Of a stretch of 64,000 nt of DNA, positions 9,651 through 19,228 are shown one piece after another. Made by a program: the position numbers and the translations under genes. The notes under the pieces are model-generated. The model worked only from the letters and a program-made list of their open reading frames with translations, did no database searches and was not told where the DNA came from. The stretch covers positions 653 through 64,652 of the forward strand of contig JAGDXS010000019.1 of the NCBI GenBank assembly GCA_023261755.1, in the 5' to 3' direction. Position 1 is the stretch's first letter, and each line of letters opens with the position of its first letter. This DNA comes from Thermoplasmata archaeon. Lineage in GTDB: Archaea > Thermoplasmatota > Thermoplasmata > Thermoplasmatales > ARK-15.

Positions 9651-10583
9651 ATGAGGAAAATGAAATGCTCAAGGTGTAATAAAGATGCAGTAATTTACGT
9701 TAGATACAATGGAGAGCATTTGTGTAGAGAGCATTTTATAGAATTTCTTGAATCAAGGGTAAAGCATGAATTAAGAAATCAAGTAAATCTTAAACCTGGT
9801 GATAGAATCATTGTTGGTGTATCTGGAGGTAAAGATAGTACCACAACTGCCTATCTTTTAAAAAAAATTCTTTCACATAGGAGGGATATTGAAATAATTG
9901 CTGTAACAATTGATGAAGGGATTGATGGTTACAGGAATATAGCACTTGAAAAACTCATACCATTTATGAAAAAGATTGGAATTGAGCATCATGTATTCAG
10001 TTTCAAGGATTATTTTAATTATACCATGGATGAAATTTCAAGAATTGACAAGGATCTTGTTCCTTGCACATACTGCGGTGTTTTCAGAAGAAATTTATTG
10101 AACATAGCTGCTAAAAAGCTAAATGGTAATTATGTTGCAACGGGCCTTAATCTGGACGATACAGCTCAAAGCATAATAATGAACTTTGTAAGGGGTGACC
10201 TTGATAGACTGGCTAGGCTGGGGCCACATACAATCATCAAGGAGGATCTTGTACCAAGGATTCAACCATTGAGGAAAATACCTGAAAAGGAGGTACTTCT
10301 ATACGCAATTCTTAATAATATTGAATTTTACCATGGTACCTGCCCTTATGCGGATCTTGCTTTAAGAAATCAGTTCAGGGAGGCAGTAGACAACTGGGAG
10401 AACAGGTCACCAGGATCGAGGCACGCCATACTTTCTGTCTATGACCAAATGAAGGACATGTTGATGCAAAAATACAAGGATTTTAAATTAAATAAATGTG
10501 AAATATGCGGTGAACCTACTGTGGGGAAGATATGCAAATCGTGTGAACTTAAGTTGAGGCTTGAAAATATTCAGAAGGTATAA
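9651..10583 (+). CDS. tRNA 2-thiolation PP-loop ATPase (TtuA/NcsA-like)
   Basis: 310 aa; PP-loop GVSGGKDS; N-terminal CSRCNK...CREH and C-terminal CEICGE...CKSC zinc fingers; internal CTYCGVFRR. Confidence 0.85.
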   Translation: MRKMKCSRCNKDAVIYVRYNGEHLCREHFIEFLESRVKHELRNQVNLKPGDRIIVGVSGGKDSTTTAYLLKKILSHRRDIEIIAVTIDEGIDGYRNIALEKLIPFMKKIGIEHHVFSFKDYFNYTMDEISRIDKDLVPCTYCGVFRRNLLNIAAKKLNGNYVATGLNLDDTAQSIIMNFVRGDLDRLARLGPHTIIKEDLVPRIQPLRKIPEKEVLLYAILNNIEFYHGTCPYADLALRNQFREAVDNWENRSPGSRHAILSVYDQMKDMLMQKYKDFKLNKCEICGEPTVGKICKSCELKLRLENIQKV

Positions 10584-11917
10584 TTATTTGGATTAATCTT
10601 TCTTAAAATTAAGTCAGCAGCCATATTTATTACATCATAAAGATCCGACACTTCCGGGCAATATGCAATTTCCAGTGCGCTCAAATCTTCTGCAGAGGCC
10701 TTTTTTCTTATTGCAAGGGAAATGACATTTATTTTTGATGATGCATTTTTTCCTACTGCCTGAGCTCCTAGAATAGTGCCATTATTTTTATCACAAACTA
10801 TTTTTAGCGTTATTTCTTCACCGCCAGCATATTCAGGTCTGTCGAGTGTTTTTGCCCTTGCAGTTACGATCTGAAATTTTTCTTTTGCCTGGTTTTCCGT
10901 TAAGCCAACAGCTGCAACTTCTAAATTGCCGACCATGGAAACAAAGGTGCCAAGCGCTCCTGAATATGTTGCATCATGACCTGCCAAGTTTATACCAGCA
11001 ACTATGCCCTGCTTTGCAGCTGTTGTTGCAAGCTGAACAGGTGCATATGATCCATCAACATAATTCTTGGTAATAATGCAGTCTCCTGCAGCATATATAT
11101 CAGGATTCGATGTTTGCATTTTATCATTTACAACTATGAATGATCTATCCATGTTAACAATGTTTTTCAATATTTCAGTACTTGGCCTTACGCCTGTGGC
11201 AAGAATTATTGCATCTGCATTGAAAATAGAATCACCTGATCTTATGCCAATGATTCTGTTATTTTCAACAACAATTTCATCCACTTTTGAATTAAGGTGA
11301 ATTGAGATGCCAAATTTTTCTAATTCATTTTTAACAATTTCAGCCATTTCAGGATCTAGAACCCTAGGAAAAGGTTGAGGAAACATTTCAAACACATGAA
11401 CATTTAAATTCCATGATTTAAGTGCATATGCCATCTCAAGGCCTATGGCTCCTGCGCCTACAACAGAAACATTTTTTATATTTTTCTTAACAATGAAATC
11501 TTTTATAGAATTTGCATCCTCTAGCGTTTTTACTATGAAAACACCTTTATTTATGAATCCATCTGCATTCTTTATTTTAGGTATTAATGGCTCAGCACCT
11601 GCGGCATATAATAATTTATCATATTTGATTTCTTTAATTTCATTATTCTTTTTATTAAGAACTTTAATCTTTTTTTCTGATGCATTTATTTCTATCGCCT
11701 CATATTCGAGGAGAACATTAATTCTCCTTGTTCTTGGAAAAGGATGCTTCAGTTTAGAAAAATCATCCTTTCTTTCAAGAATCAAGGGTATTCCACAAGG
11801 TGAATAAGATTCATAACTGTGCTTTTCTATAATTGTTATTTCCTCCTCCCTGTTTAATGTGGTAATCCACCTTGTTGCATAAACACCGGCTGTGCCTAGG
11901 CCTATAATAACGATCAT
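10571..11917 (-). CDS. CoA-disulfide reductase / NADH oxidase family flavoprotein
   Basis: 448 aa; IIGLGTAG and VVGAGAIGLE dinucleotide folds, single redox Cys in YSPCGIP, YAAGDC. Confidence 0.85.
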   Translation of the reverse strand: MIVIIGLGTAGVYATRWITTLNREEEITIIEKHSYESYSPCGIPLILERKDDFSKLKHPFPRTRRINVLLEYEAIEINASEKKIKVLNKKNNEIKEIKYDKLLYAAGAEPLIPKIKNADGFINKGVFIVKTLEDANSIKDFIVKKNIKNVSVVGAGAIGLEMAYALKSWNLNVHVFEMFPQPFPRVLDPEMAEIVKNELEKFGISIHLNSKVDEIVVENNRIIGIRSGDSIFNADAIILATGVRPSTEILKNIVNMDRSFIVVNDKMQTSNPDIYAAGDCIITKNYVDGSYAPVQLATTAAKQGIVAGINLAGHDATYSGALGTFVSMVGNLEVAAVGLTENQAKEKFQIVTARAKTLDRPEYAGGEEITLKIVCDKNNGTILGAQAVGKNASSKINVISLAIRKKASAEDLSALEIAYCPEVSDLYDVINMAADLILRKINPNNYTF

Positions 11918-12024
11918 ATATGCACAATATTAAATAAAATAATAAAACTTTCTTATTTTATTTTGACAATTTTTAAAAAAATTTTCAGAAAAATATTAAA
12001 TATTAATTCAAATTTTGGCGCTCT

Positions 12025-13275
12025 ATGAGAGCAAAATCTGAATGGTCACGATTGAATGAAATAATGATACATAGGCCATCCGTTGAAATAGAATATGCTA
12101 TGCTGGCACCTAAACCTTTTCTTTTTGAAAGGGTTTTCAATGTTCAAAAAGCTATTAAAGAACATGAAAAGCTTGAAAATATACTAGTTGAAAATGGTGT
12201 AAAGGTAAGAAGGCTCGAGAATGAAATAATAGAAAAGGCCGATAAATTTGAATCATTCAGGAAAATCATCATAGATTTCCTTCTAGCAAAAGTTCATTTT
12301 TATGGTAAAATAGATGATTCAGAGGATGCGGAGGAAAATTTCAGAAAGAATATTGAATTTTTGGATAACAAGACAATTTTTGATTTAATGGTACTTGAAC
12401 CATCAATTATTTTAAGGAGCGATGGTTCAATTGAATATCCATCAGTTTATTCTAATCTGCCTTTGGCCAACCTCTATTTTATGAGGGATCAGCAGGCTGT
12501 GGCGGATAACGGAATAATAATAGGAAACATGAAAATGGAACAGAGGAAGAGGGAAATTGACATAACAAAATTGGTAATTGAGCATGTTTTCGGATTAAAG
12601 GACGCCTTTGAAATTAACAAGAGGGGGCATTTTGAGGGTGGAGATTTTATGCCTGCGGGATCATTTTCCTTGATAGGAATTGGATCAAGAACTGATTGGG
12701 AAGGGGCATACCAGGCAATATTTTCAGGTAAAATTGAGTCTGAAGAAGTACTCGTGGTTGAAAATCCCGTATATGAATTTGCAAAGGGAAACAAAATGGT
12801 TAACATGCATTTGGATACATATTTCAATATTGCAGGGGATGGGCTAGCTGTAACATCCATATACCTTGCAAAGAATGCGAAAGCTGTCTTATTTAAAAAA
12901 GAAAGCAAAGGCGACTATGTAAAAGAAGGTCATACTACATTATACGATTATCTAAAATCAAAGGATTTCAATTTCATAGATCTTTCTATTCCTGAGCAAT
13001 TGGCATATTCATCTAATTTTCTCACAATAAAGGATAGAAGAATAATCACAGTAAATGTAAAAAGGGTGATTGATAAACTTATCAATGAAAATGCATTTGA
13101 TAAACAAACAGAGGAAATTGTAAAATCTGAAATGAGCAAACTTGGAAATGAAATATTTCCAGAAAGATCAGATGTGAAGAAAGAGGGCATTGAATTTATA
13201 AATGCTGATCTTATAGAACTTACAGGTGGATATGGTGGAGCTCATTGCATGACGGCCACACTAGACAGGGCTTAA
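12025..13275 (+). CDS. arcA: arginine deiminase
   Basis: 416 aa; YFMRDQ, MHLDTYFN, C-terminal catalytic GGAHCMT. Confidence 0.9.
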   Translation: MRAKSEWSRLNEIMIHRPSVEIEYAMLAPKPFLFERVFNVQKAIKEHEKLENILVENGVKVRRLENEIIEKADKFESFRKIIIDFLLAKVHFYGKIDDSEDAEENFRKNIEFLDNKTIFDLMVLEPSIILRSDGSIEYPSVYSNLPLANLYFMRDQQAVADNGIIIGNMKMEQRKREIDITKLVIEHVFGLKDAFEINKRGHFEGGDFMPAGSFSLIGIGSRTDWEGAYQAIFSGKIESEEVLVVENPVYEFAKGNKMVNMHLDTYFNIAGDGLAVTSIYLAKNAKAVLFKKESKGDYVKEGHTTLYDYLKSKDFNFIDLSIPEQLAYSSNFLTIKDRRIITVNVKRVIDKLINENAFDKQTEEIVKSEMSKLGNEIFPERSDVKKEGIEFINADLIELTGGYGGAHCMTATLDRA

Positions 13276-13320
13276 ATATTAATAATTGAAATAATTATAA
13301 GGTCTAAAAAGGTGTTAACC

Positions 13321-14229
13321 ATGAAAAGAGATCTTGTATCTATAATGGACGTTAAGGACGATCTAATGGAAATTATTAATCTTGGCATGGAAGTAAAAAA
13401 GAATCCTAAAAAATACAGTGAAGCGTTGAAAGGAAAGAGTCTAGCCATGATATTTGAAAAGCCATCAACAAGAACAAGGACAAGCTTTGAGGTAGGCATG
13501 ACGCAGTTAGGTGGCCACGCACTGTACATGAGCCCCAGGGATTTGCAAATGGGTAGAGGAGAAACAATTGAAGATACAGCAAAAGTATTGAGCAGGTTTG
13601 TGGATGGTATAATATACAGGGCATTCGATCATAAGATGGTAATAGCACTTGCACAGAATGCAACAGTGCCGGTTATAAATGCCCTAGATGATGTTGAACA
13701 TCCTGCACAGATTATTGCAGATTTAATGACAATTTTAGAGAAGAAAGGTAAATTGAAGGGTCTTAAGGTATCATTTATTGGTGATGGTAATAATGTCGCA
13801 AACTCACTTATGCTCGGTTGCGCCATAGTAGGTGCGGACTTCTACATAGCATCGCCGAAGGGCTATGAAATTAAGGATGAGTATGTAACATTAGCTAGAA
13901 AAGTTGCAAATGGAAAATCAAAAATTGTCGTAACAAACGATCCTATTGAAGCTGCAAAGGATGCGGATGTAATATATACGGATGTTTGGGTATCCATGGG
14001 AGAAGAATCTGAAAAAGAAAAGAAGGAAAAGGCATTCAAAGATTACCAGATAAATGGAAACCTTGTAAAACATGCTAAGAAAGATTTCATTTTCATGCAC
14101 TGCCTGCCAGCCCACAGAGGCCTTGAAGTGACATCAGAAGTAATTGATGGCCCGAATAGTGTTGTTTTTGATGAAGCAGAAAACAGGCTGCATGCACAAA
14201 AAGCATTAATGATAAAATTAATGAGCTAA
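13321..14229 (+). CDS. arcB: ornithine carbamoyltransferase
   Basis: STRTR, HPAQ, HCLPAHRG. ATG 13321 is preceded by AGGTG (13308-13312). The ORF-track start at 13312 is a GTG three codons upstream. Confidence 0.9.
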   Translation: MKRDLVSIMDVKDDLMEIINLGMEVKKNPKKYSEALKGKSLAMIFEKPSTRTRTSFEVGMTQLGGHALYMSPRDLQMGRGETIEDTAKVLSRFVDGIIYRAFDHKMVIALAQNATVPVINALDDVEHPAQIIADLMTILEKKGKLKGLKVSFIGDGNNVANSLMLGCAIVGADFYIASPKGYEIKDEYVTLARKVANGKSKIVVTNDPIEAAKDADVIYTDVWVSMGEESEKEKKEKAFKDYQINGNLVKHAKKDFIFMHCLPAHRGLEVTSEVIDGPNSVVFDEAENRLHAQKALMIKLMS

Positions 14230-15923
14230 AATCTTCTTTTAAACATTTTTTCAATTTCTTTTATTTCTAATTTTATCATTGTTGGTCTTCCGTGAGGACA
14301 AGTATATGGATTTCTGCATTTCATGAGATCAATTATCAATGATTTCATCTCCTTATCTGATAATTTTTCATTTGCCTTTATTGCACCTTTGCATGCCATC
14401 AATGCTGCAATCTGGAATTTTCTTTCTTCATCTATTCCCTTATTTGAACTCTTTATCTGGTCTATGCCCTCAAGAATAGCATCTTTTATGTCTTCATTGC
14501 TGAATATTGAAGGGACAGATTTAACAGAAACAGATCTCTGGTAAACATCTATTGAAAATCCATATTCTTCGAACATTTCTTTGTATGTTCTTAAAATTTC
14601 AGCATCCTGTGATGAAAGATCAACCATCACAGGGGATATCAATTTTTGGAAATTTTTCCTATTCATGTCATCAAGAAATTTTTCTGTCCTTATTCTTTCA
14701 TGAGCAGCATGCTGGTCTATTAGTATTAAGGAATCTGGTGATTCGCAAATAATGTATGTCATTGCAAACTGTCCTATGATTTTTAAACCTCCAAGATCTG
14801 GCACATGTTCCTCAATTTTTTTCTGAACAGTTGCTTGTGAATATTGAAAAAAATCATTTTTTTGAACAGGCTCAAGCATCTCAGGCATTTTTTCAAGAAC
14901 TGGATTAACATTAGGTCTTTCAGAAGGAATAAGATTCAGGTCCTTGAGCGCATTTGAAATTGTTTCCTTAACAAATTTTTTTATCAAGTATTCATCCTGG
15001 AATTTTATTCTTATCTTCGATGGATGTATATTTACATCTATCTCATCTGGTGGAATTTCTATTTTTATTACAACAATAGGATATCTATCGTGGAATAGAA
15101 GGGAACCATAACCTTCAAGGATAGCATCATTTAATTCATTTGCCTGGACATACCTACCATTCACGAATATGAACATATGATCCCTGGTTTTTCTGTTTAA
15201 ATTTTGTTTTGATATTATTCCAGAGATTTTTAAATTACCATTTGATGATGAAACCTGAATCATGTTTAGTGCATCTTCAGGTGAATAAATCTGTGCCAGT
15301 CTATCCTTCAAATCTTTAACCTGAGGCAAATCTAGAACAATTTTTCCATTATGTATAAGCTTAAATCCAATATTCTCATTTTCCAATGTGTATGGTACAA
15401 AAAAGTCTTCAATGTATTTGAATTCCTGATTATCCCCCTTCAGAAATTTTCTTCTAGCAGGTAGATTTTCAAACAGGTCCATGACCTTTATCAAAGTGCC
15501 TTTTCTCGGTTGTTCATCATGAACGTCCACTATTTTACCAAAGTCTATTTTCAAAAAAGTGGATGGTTTATCATATTCCTCTCCAGTGATAATTTCCATT
15601 TTTGAGACTGAAGAAATGCTGTATAAAGCCTCTCCTCTGAAGCCCAATGTTCTTATGTTTTTTAAATCATCCTTACCAGATATTTTGCTAGTTGCATGCT
15701 TGCTTATGCTCATCAAAGCATCATTTCTGCTCATTCCTATTCCATTGTCAGTAACCTGAATTAATTTTTTACCACCAGATTCAATGTTGACAATTATTTC
15801 GCTTGATTTTGCATCAATTGAATTTTCAACTAATTCCTTGACAACACTTGCCGGCCTTTCAATAACCTCACCAGCTGCAATTAAATTAATTGTTTCATTG
15901 TCAAGAATCTTTATTCTATCCAT
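14226..15923 (-). CDS. mutL: DNA mismatch repair protein MutL (endonuclease-type)
   Basis: GHKL motifs ELVENSIDA, DNGIGM, GFRGEAL. C-terminal DQHAAHERIRTE (DQHAx2Ex4E), MACKGAIK and CPHGRP. Start taken at ATG 15923 (MDRIKILD...); the ORF track extends to 15989. Confidence 0.9.
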   Translation of the reverse strand: MDRIKILDNETINLIAAGEVIERPASVVKELVENSIDAKSSEIIVNIESGGKKLIQVTDNGIGMSRNDALMSISKHATSKISGKDDLKNIRTLGFRGEALYSISSVSKMEIITGEEYDKPSTFLKIDFGKIVDVHDEQPRKGTLIKVMDLFENLPARRKFLKGDNQEFKYIEDFFVPYTLENENIGFKLIHNGKIVLDLPQVKDLKDRLAQIYSPEDALNMIQVSSSNGNLKISGIISKQNLNRKTRDHMFIFVNGRYVQANELNDAILEGYGSLLFHDRYPIVVIKIEIPPDEIDVNIHPSKIRIKFQDEYLIKKFVKETISNALKDLNLIPSERPNVNPVLEKMPEMLEPVQKNDFFQYSQATVQKKIEEHVPDLGGLKIIGQFAMTYIICESPDSLILIDQHAAHERIRTEKFLDDMNRKNFQKLISPVMVDLSSQDAEILRTYKEMFEEYGFSIDVYQRSVSVKSVPSIFSNEDIKDAILEGIDQIKSSNKGIDEERKFQIAALMACKGAIKANEKLSDKEMKSLIIDLMKCRNPYTCPHGRPTMIKLEIKEIEKMFKRRF

Positions 15924-16004
15924 GAGTTTAACATAAAAAATACATTTAAAAACATATTGGGGAAAATTAATATATCTGTTATATATCAAGTATATCAGTT
16001 AAAC

Positions 16005-16487
16005 ATGAGAAAAAATATTGTCATAATTGGTGTAATTCTCCTTATTCTTGGAGTAATTATGTTCGGTGCATCTTCATACAAGATATCTCAGAATATAGAA
16101 AAAGGCAGCATCTGGCATCAGTACAAAAATAATGAGTACATATCTGAAGAATTGAATTTTTCCTCAGATTATGCTCTTATTTATTCATATAATCTAACAA
16201 ATTCCGGAGTTATTTATTCGGTCACTTTAAATTTAGTGAATAATACGAATTTAAAAGATTATGTAATAAAGCCAACAGTGGTTGAAAATAACATGCTTAC
16301 CTATGATCTAAAGCCAGGTAATTATTACATAGTGATATTTTCAAGATCAAGTCCTAACGTTACTTATACATTCATAGACCTTGATAAGGTAGTATTAACT
16401 AGTCTCTTGGAATTATCTGGAATCATACTGGCTGTAATAGGAATTATAGTTGCAATAATAGGCTTAATACTTAAGAAGAAAAGATGA
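16005..16487 (+). CDS. bitopic membrane protein (N- and C-terminal TM helices, N-x-S/T-rich ectodomain)
   Basis: MRKNIVIIGVILLILGVIMFG... and ...GIILAVIGIIVAIIGLILKKKR; sequons NFS, NLT, NNT, NVT. Its stop overlaps the next gene's start (ATGA at 16484). Confidence 0.6.
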   Translation: MRKNIVIIGVILLILGVIMFGASSYKISQNIEKGSIWHQYKNNEYISEELNFSSDYALIYSYNLTNSGVIYSVTLNLVNNTNLKDYVIKPTVVENNMLTYDLKPGNYYIVIFSRSSPNVTYTFIDLDKVVLTSLLELSGIILAVIGIIVAIIGLILKKKR

Positions 16488-16870
16488 TAATGTTCATAAA
16501 AATAGAATTAAATAGTGATACACCAATATATATGCAAATTTATGATGAGATAGTTAAAGCCATAGCATCAGGAGATCTTAAGGAAGGAACAGTTCTTCCA
16601 TCAGCAAGAAAGCTCGCTGCAAACCTAGGTATAAATTTCCATACTGTTAACAAGGCTTACAATCTTCTGAGAGAGCATAGATTTCTCCTCCTCAACAGAA
16701 AAAAAGAATTTGTTGTTCAGAGGTCAAGGGATGAAAAGTTCATGGAAAAATTGAAGGACCAGGAATTGAAATTGTTTGAGGAGGCAATTGCAAAGGGATT
16801 CACTGAAAAGGAAATTTTGAACATGCTTCAAAATGTTTTAAAAAGGCAAAAAAAAAGTGAAGAATTATGA
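16484..16870 (+). CDS. GntR-family (YtrA-like short) transcriptional regulator
   Basis: 128 aa; wHTH LPSARKLAANLGINFHTVNKAYNLL. Confidence 0.85.
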   Translation: MIMFIKIELNSDTPIYMQIYDEIVKAIASGDLKEGTVLPSARKLAANLGINFHTVNKAYNLLREHRFLLLNRKKEFVVQRSRDEKFMEKLKDQELKLFEEAIAKGFTEKEILNMLQNVLKRQKKSEEL

Positions 16871-17200
16871 ATTTTTCAATCATAGTGATGGATTTTGCAA
16901 TTCTTATTATGGGAATTTTAACATTTCTTATGCCAGATCTTCTTCCGAAAACCCTGCAATCCGGTGTGAGAATACCTCCTGAATATGCAAATGATTTATT
17001 GATCAAAAAATTAAATTATGCTTTAGAATTTATATATCAATTTTAACCGGAATAACCATTTTCTAACAATATTTTCAGGCTTGTATGTGCAGTTAATTCT
17101 ATTGTTCTTGTTCATTGTTCTTACATACATGGCCTACTATATAGCTCACAGAAGGATACACAAAGAGAAAATAATAAAAAAATGGTATGAGAATATTTAG
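16867..17200 (+). pseudogene. fragmented membrane-protein gene (three short hydrophobic frames)
   Basis: A 59-aa ORF is coupled to the GntR stop (ATGA): MNFSIIVMDFAILIMGILTFLMPDLLPKTLQSGVRIPPEY..., stop at 17046. It is followed in other frames by ...RIYISILTGITIF* and ...LILLFLFIVLTYMAYYIAHRRIHKEKIIKKWYENI* (stop 17198-17200). Confidence 0.4.
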
Positions 17201-17216
17201 TAAAAAGTGATCTCCT

Positions 17217-17236
17217 CCCATCATTGAAATGATGGG
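17217..17236. repeat. perfect 8-bp-stem hairpin at the end of the TnpB-like remnant
   Basis: cccatcat-tgaa-atgatggg; overlaps the stop of the minus-strand remnant ORF. Confidence 0.6.
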
Positions 17237-17460
17237 CATCCCTTCAGAATGCCATTTATTATGGGAGGTTGTGTGTTCAGGAATTTCTTCAATCCCATCA
17301 TCCACACTTCGGGCTGGGTCACTCCAGCCCCCACCATCCTCGTCTTTTCACTCACATGGCCCATGGTTATTCCTTTCAGCATGATGTTTATGCTTCCTAC
17401 CACATCCCTGTCTCCTTCATATACACTTGAATTGCATCTGAATTCTTTATTCCAATAAAA
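17221..17460 (-). mobile_element. IS200/IS605-type TnpB (OrfB) C-terminal remnant
   Basis: The minus-strand ORF contains KEFRCNSSVYEGDRDVVGSINIMLKG. This resembles the TnpB zinc-ribbon/RuvC-III end (R.F.C..CG...DRD.NAA.NI) with decayed Cys. No N-terminal part is present. Confidence 0.5.
17311..17330. repeat. GC-rich 7-bp-stem hairpin inside the TnpB-like remnant
   Basis: gggctgg-gtcact-ccagccc; a local GC-rich island in an AT-rich locus. Confidence 0.6.
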
Positions 17461-17768
17461 GGGATAAGGATAACAATGCAGAAAATGCATTTGAAAAATT
17501 CCTGGAAGGCAATAACATAAAACACATAATATCCAGGATCAACCATCCTCAAACGAATGGAAAGGTGGAGAAATGGTTTCATCTATATGAAAAGTACAGG
17601 AAGGACTTTGAAACATTTGAGGATCTTGTGGAATGGTATAATAAGGTGAGATACCACGAGAGCCTTGATACAGATTATTATATGCAGACACCTGAAGAAG
17701 CATTCTGGAGCAGGTTGCCAGAAGAAAGCAAACTGGGGAATTTCTATAGAATAATGGGGGTAGAATAA
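17442..17768 (+). mobile_element. DDE (rve-type) transposase C-terminal remnant
   Basis: The frame opens after a stop at 17439-17441: ...DKDNNAENAFEKFLEGNNIKHIISRINHPQTNGKVEKWFHLYEK...YNKVRYHESL. This matches the integrase-core C-terminal signature (hPQTNGKVEr). The first two catalytic Asp regions are absent. Confidence 0.7.
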
Positions 17769-17838
17769 ATGATTGAAAATAAAAATAATAGTAAACTTTA
17801 TATGGTCAAATTAAATGGAACTACTCATTGCTTAAATT

Positions 17839-18501
17839 ATGAATGATTTAAAGAATAAAATCATTGCAGTTCTTGTAGGGATTTCATTCATGCTTATAGC
17901 CCTGTTAATTCAAATAATTTTTCAGGAAATGCCTTTTATTATTCTTTTCATTGAGCACGGTTATTTAAATGCTGAAAAAATTTTAGAAAATTTTGAATTC
18001 TCATATGCAATTTTGTATGCTATCTTCATAGGTGGAACAGCAGGCATATTCCAAGAATTAATGAAGTATTTTGGTGTAAAAATTCAGAACATAGAATATG
18101 CTCTTTATGTAGGCATTGGTTTTTCAATTATTGATATTTCAGTTGGAATCATAGAATATTTACCCACCAAATTGGTATACTATGAATATATTATTCTGGC
18201 CGTTAATTTCTTAATATCACTAATGTTCCATCCTGGAACTGCTATGTTATTAAAGCATGGTATAATCATTAATAAAATTGGTCTATATTTACCATTAACT
18301 ATATTATTGCATACATTCATTGACGGTGGTGTTGCGTTCTCAGATATAGTAATAAATAAAAACAATTTTGTTTTTGTTGTAACAACATTTCTTACCATTT
18401 CAGTAATTATATCTCTACTATCATTGATTTTTGGATTGAAATTAAATTATAAAGATCAAAAAGGTTATAAAAATCAATTTGTTAATGACAACCATGATTG
18501 A
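17839..18501 (+). CDS. polytopic membrane protein, possibly YhfC/CPBP-like intramembrane protease
   Basis: 220 aa, about 6 TM; candidate motifs GIFQELMKYF and LLHTFIDGG. The family call is tentative. Confidence 0.4.
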   Translation: MNDLKNKIIAVLVGISFMLIALLIQIIFQEMPFIILFIEHGYLNAEKILENFEFSYAILYAIFIGGTAGIFQELMKYFGVKIQNIEYALYVGIGFSIIDISVGIIEYLPTKLVYYEYIILAVNFLISLMFHPGTAMLLKHGIIINKIGLYLPLTILLHTFIDGGVAFSDIVINKNNFVFVVTTFLTISVIISLLSLIFGLKLNYKDQKGYKNQFVNDNHD

Positions 18502-19228
18502 AATAGAAGAGAAAGGGAATTATGCAACAATAAAAATTTTGAGGGAAGAAAAAGCAAATTCATTGAATATGGAATCCATTGAGGAACTTTTTTCAGCAAT
18601 AAAACCATTAGAAAAAAAGTCCAATATTCTTTCTGTAATAATCACTGGAAGCGGTAAATTTTTTTCAGCAGGTGGTGATCTTTCCCAGATGCTTAAACTC
18701 GATGAGAACGAAGGTATAAGGTTCTCAATGCTAGGCCAGGAGCTTATGGATTATATTGAAAATTCAACAAAGATCTTTATAGCTGCAATGAACGGCCCAG
18801 CGTATGGTGGTGGCATGGAGCTCGCTCTTGCCTGCGATATAAGAATTGCATCAAAGAACGTAAAGATGGGCCAGACTGAAATAAACGTTGGCCTTGTAAC
18901 AGGCTGGGGAGGAGCAGAGCGTCTCATTAGATACGTTGGAAAAAGCTTAGCATCTTATCTTCTTCTTAAAGGCGAAGTAATCGATGCTGAAACTGCCATG
19001 AGATATGGATTGATCCATCAAATATCTGAAGATCCTTTATCAGATGCAATAAAATTTGCTGAGAACTTATCAAAGAAGAATCCCGATGCAGTAAGAGCAT
19101 ACAAATTAATGTTGAAGGAAAATTCGTATCTCTTAGAGAGATCATTATTTGGAAAGATTGTTTCATCAAGGAATGGAAAGGAAGCAATAAATGCATTTTT
19201 TGAAAAAAGGGAGCCTAAGTTTTTATGA
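18494..19228 (+). CDS. enoyl-CoA hydratase/isomerase (crotonase) family
   Basis: GSGKFFSAGGDL, GPAYGGGMELALACD. The ORF track starts at TTG 18479; ATG 18494 gives MIEIEEKG... Confidence 0.85.
   Translation: MIEIEEKGNYATIKILREEKANSLNMESIEELFSAIKPLEKKSNILSVIITGSGKFFSAGGDLSQMLKLDENEGIRFSMLGQELMDYIENSTKIFIAAMNGPAYGGGMELALACDIRIASKNVKMGQTEINVGLVTGWGGAERLIRYVGKSLASYLLLKGEVIDAETAMRYGLIHQISEDPLSDAIKFAENLSKKNPDAVRAYKLMLKENSYLLERSLFGKIVSSRNGKEAINAFFEKREPKFL

Noticed and set aside
17290-17345. GC-rich patch as a tRNA or other structured RNA gene
   Set aside because: It has only a single 7-bp hairpin, with no cloverleaf or T-loop consensus. It lies within the TnpB-like remnant reading frame, so it is better explained as IS-derived.
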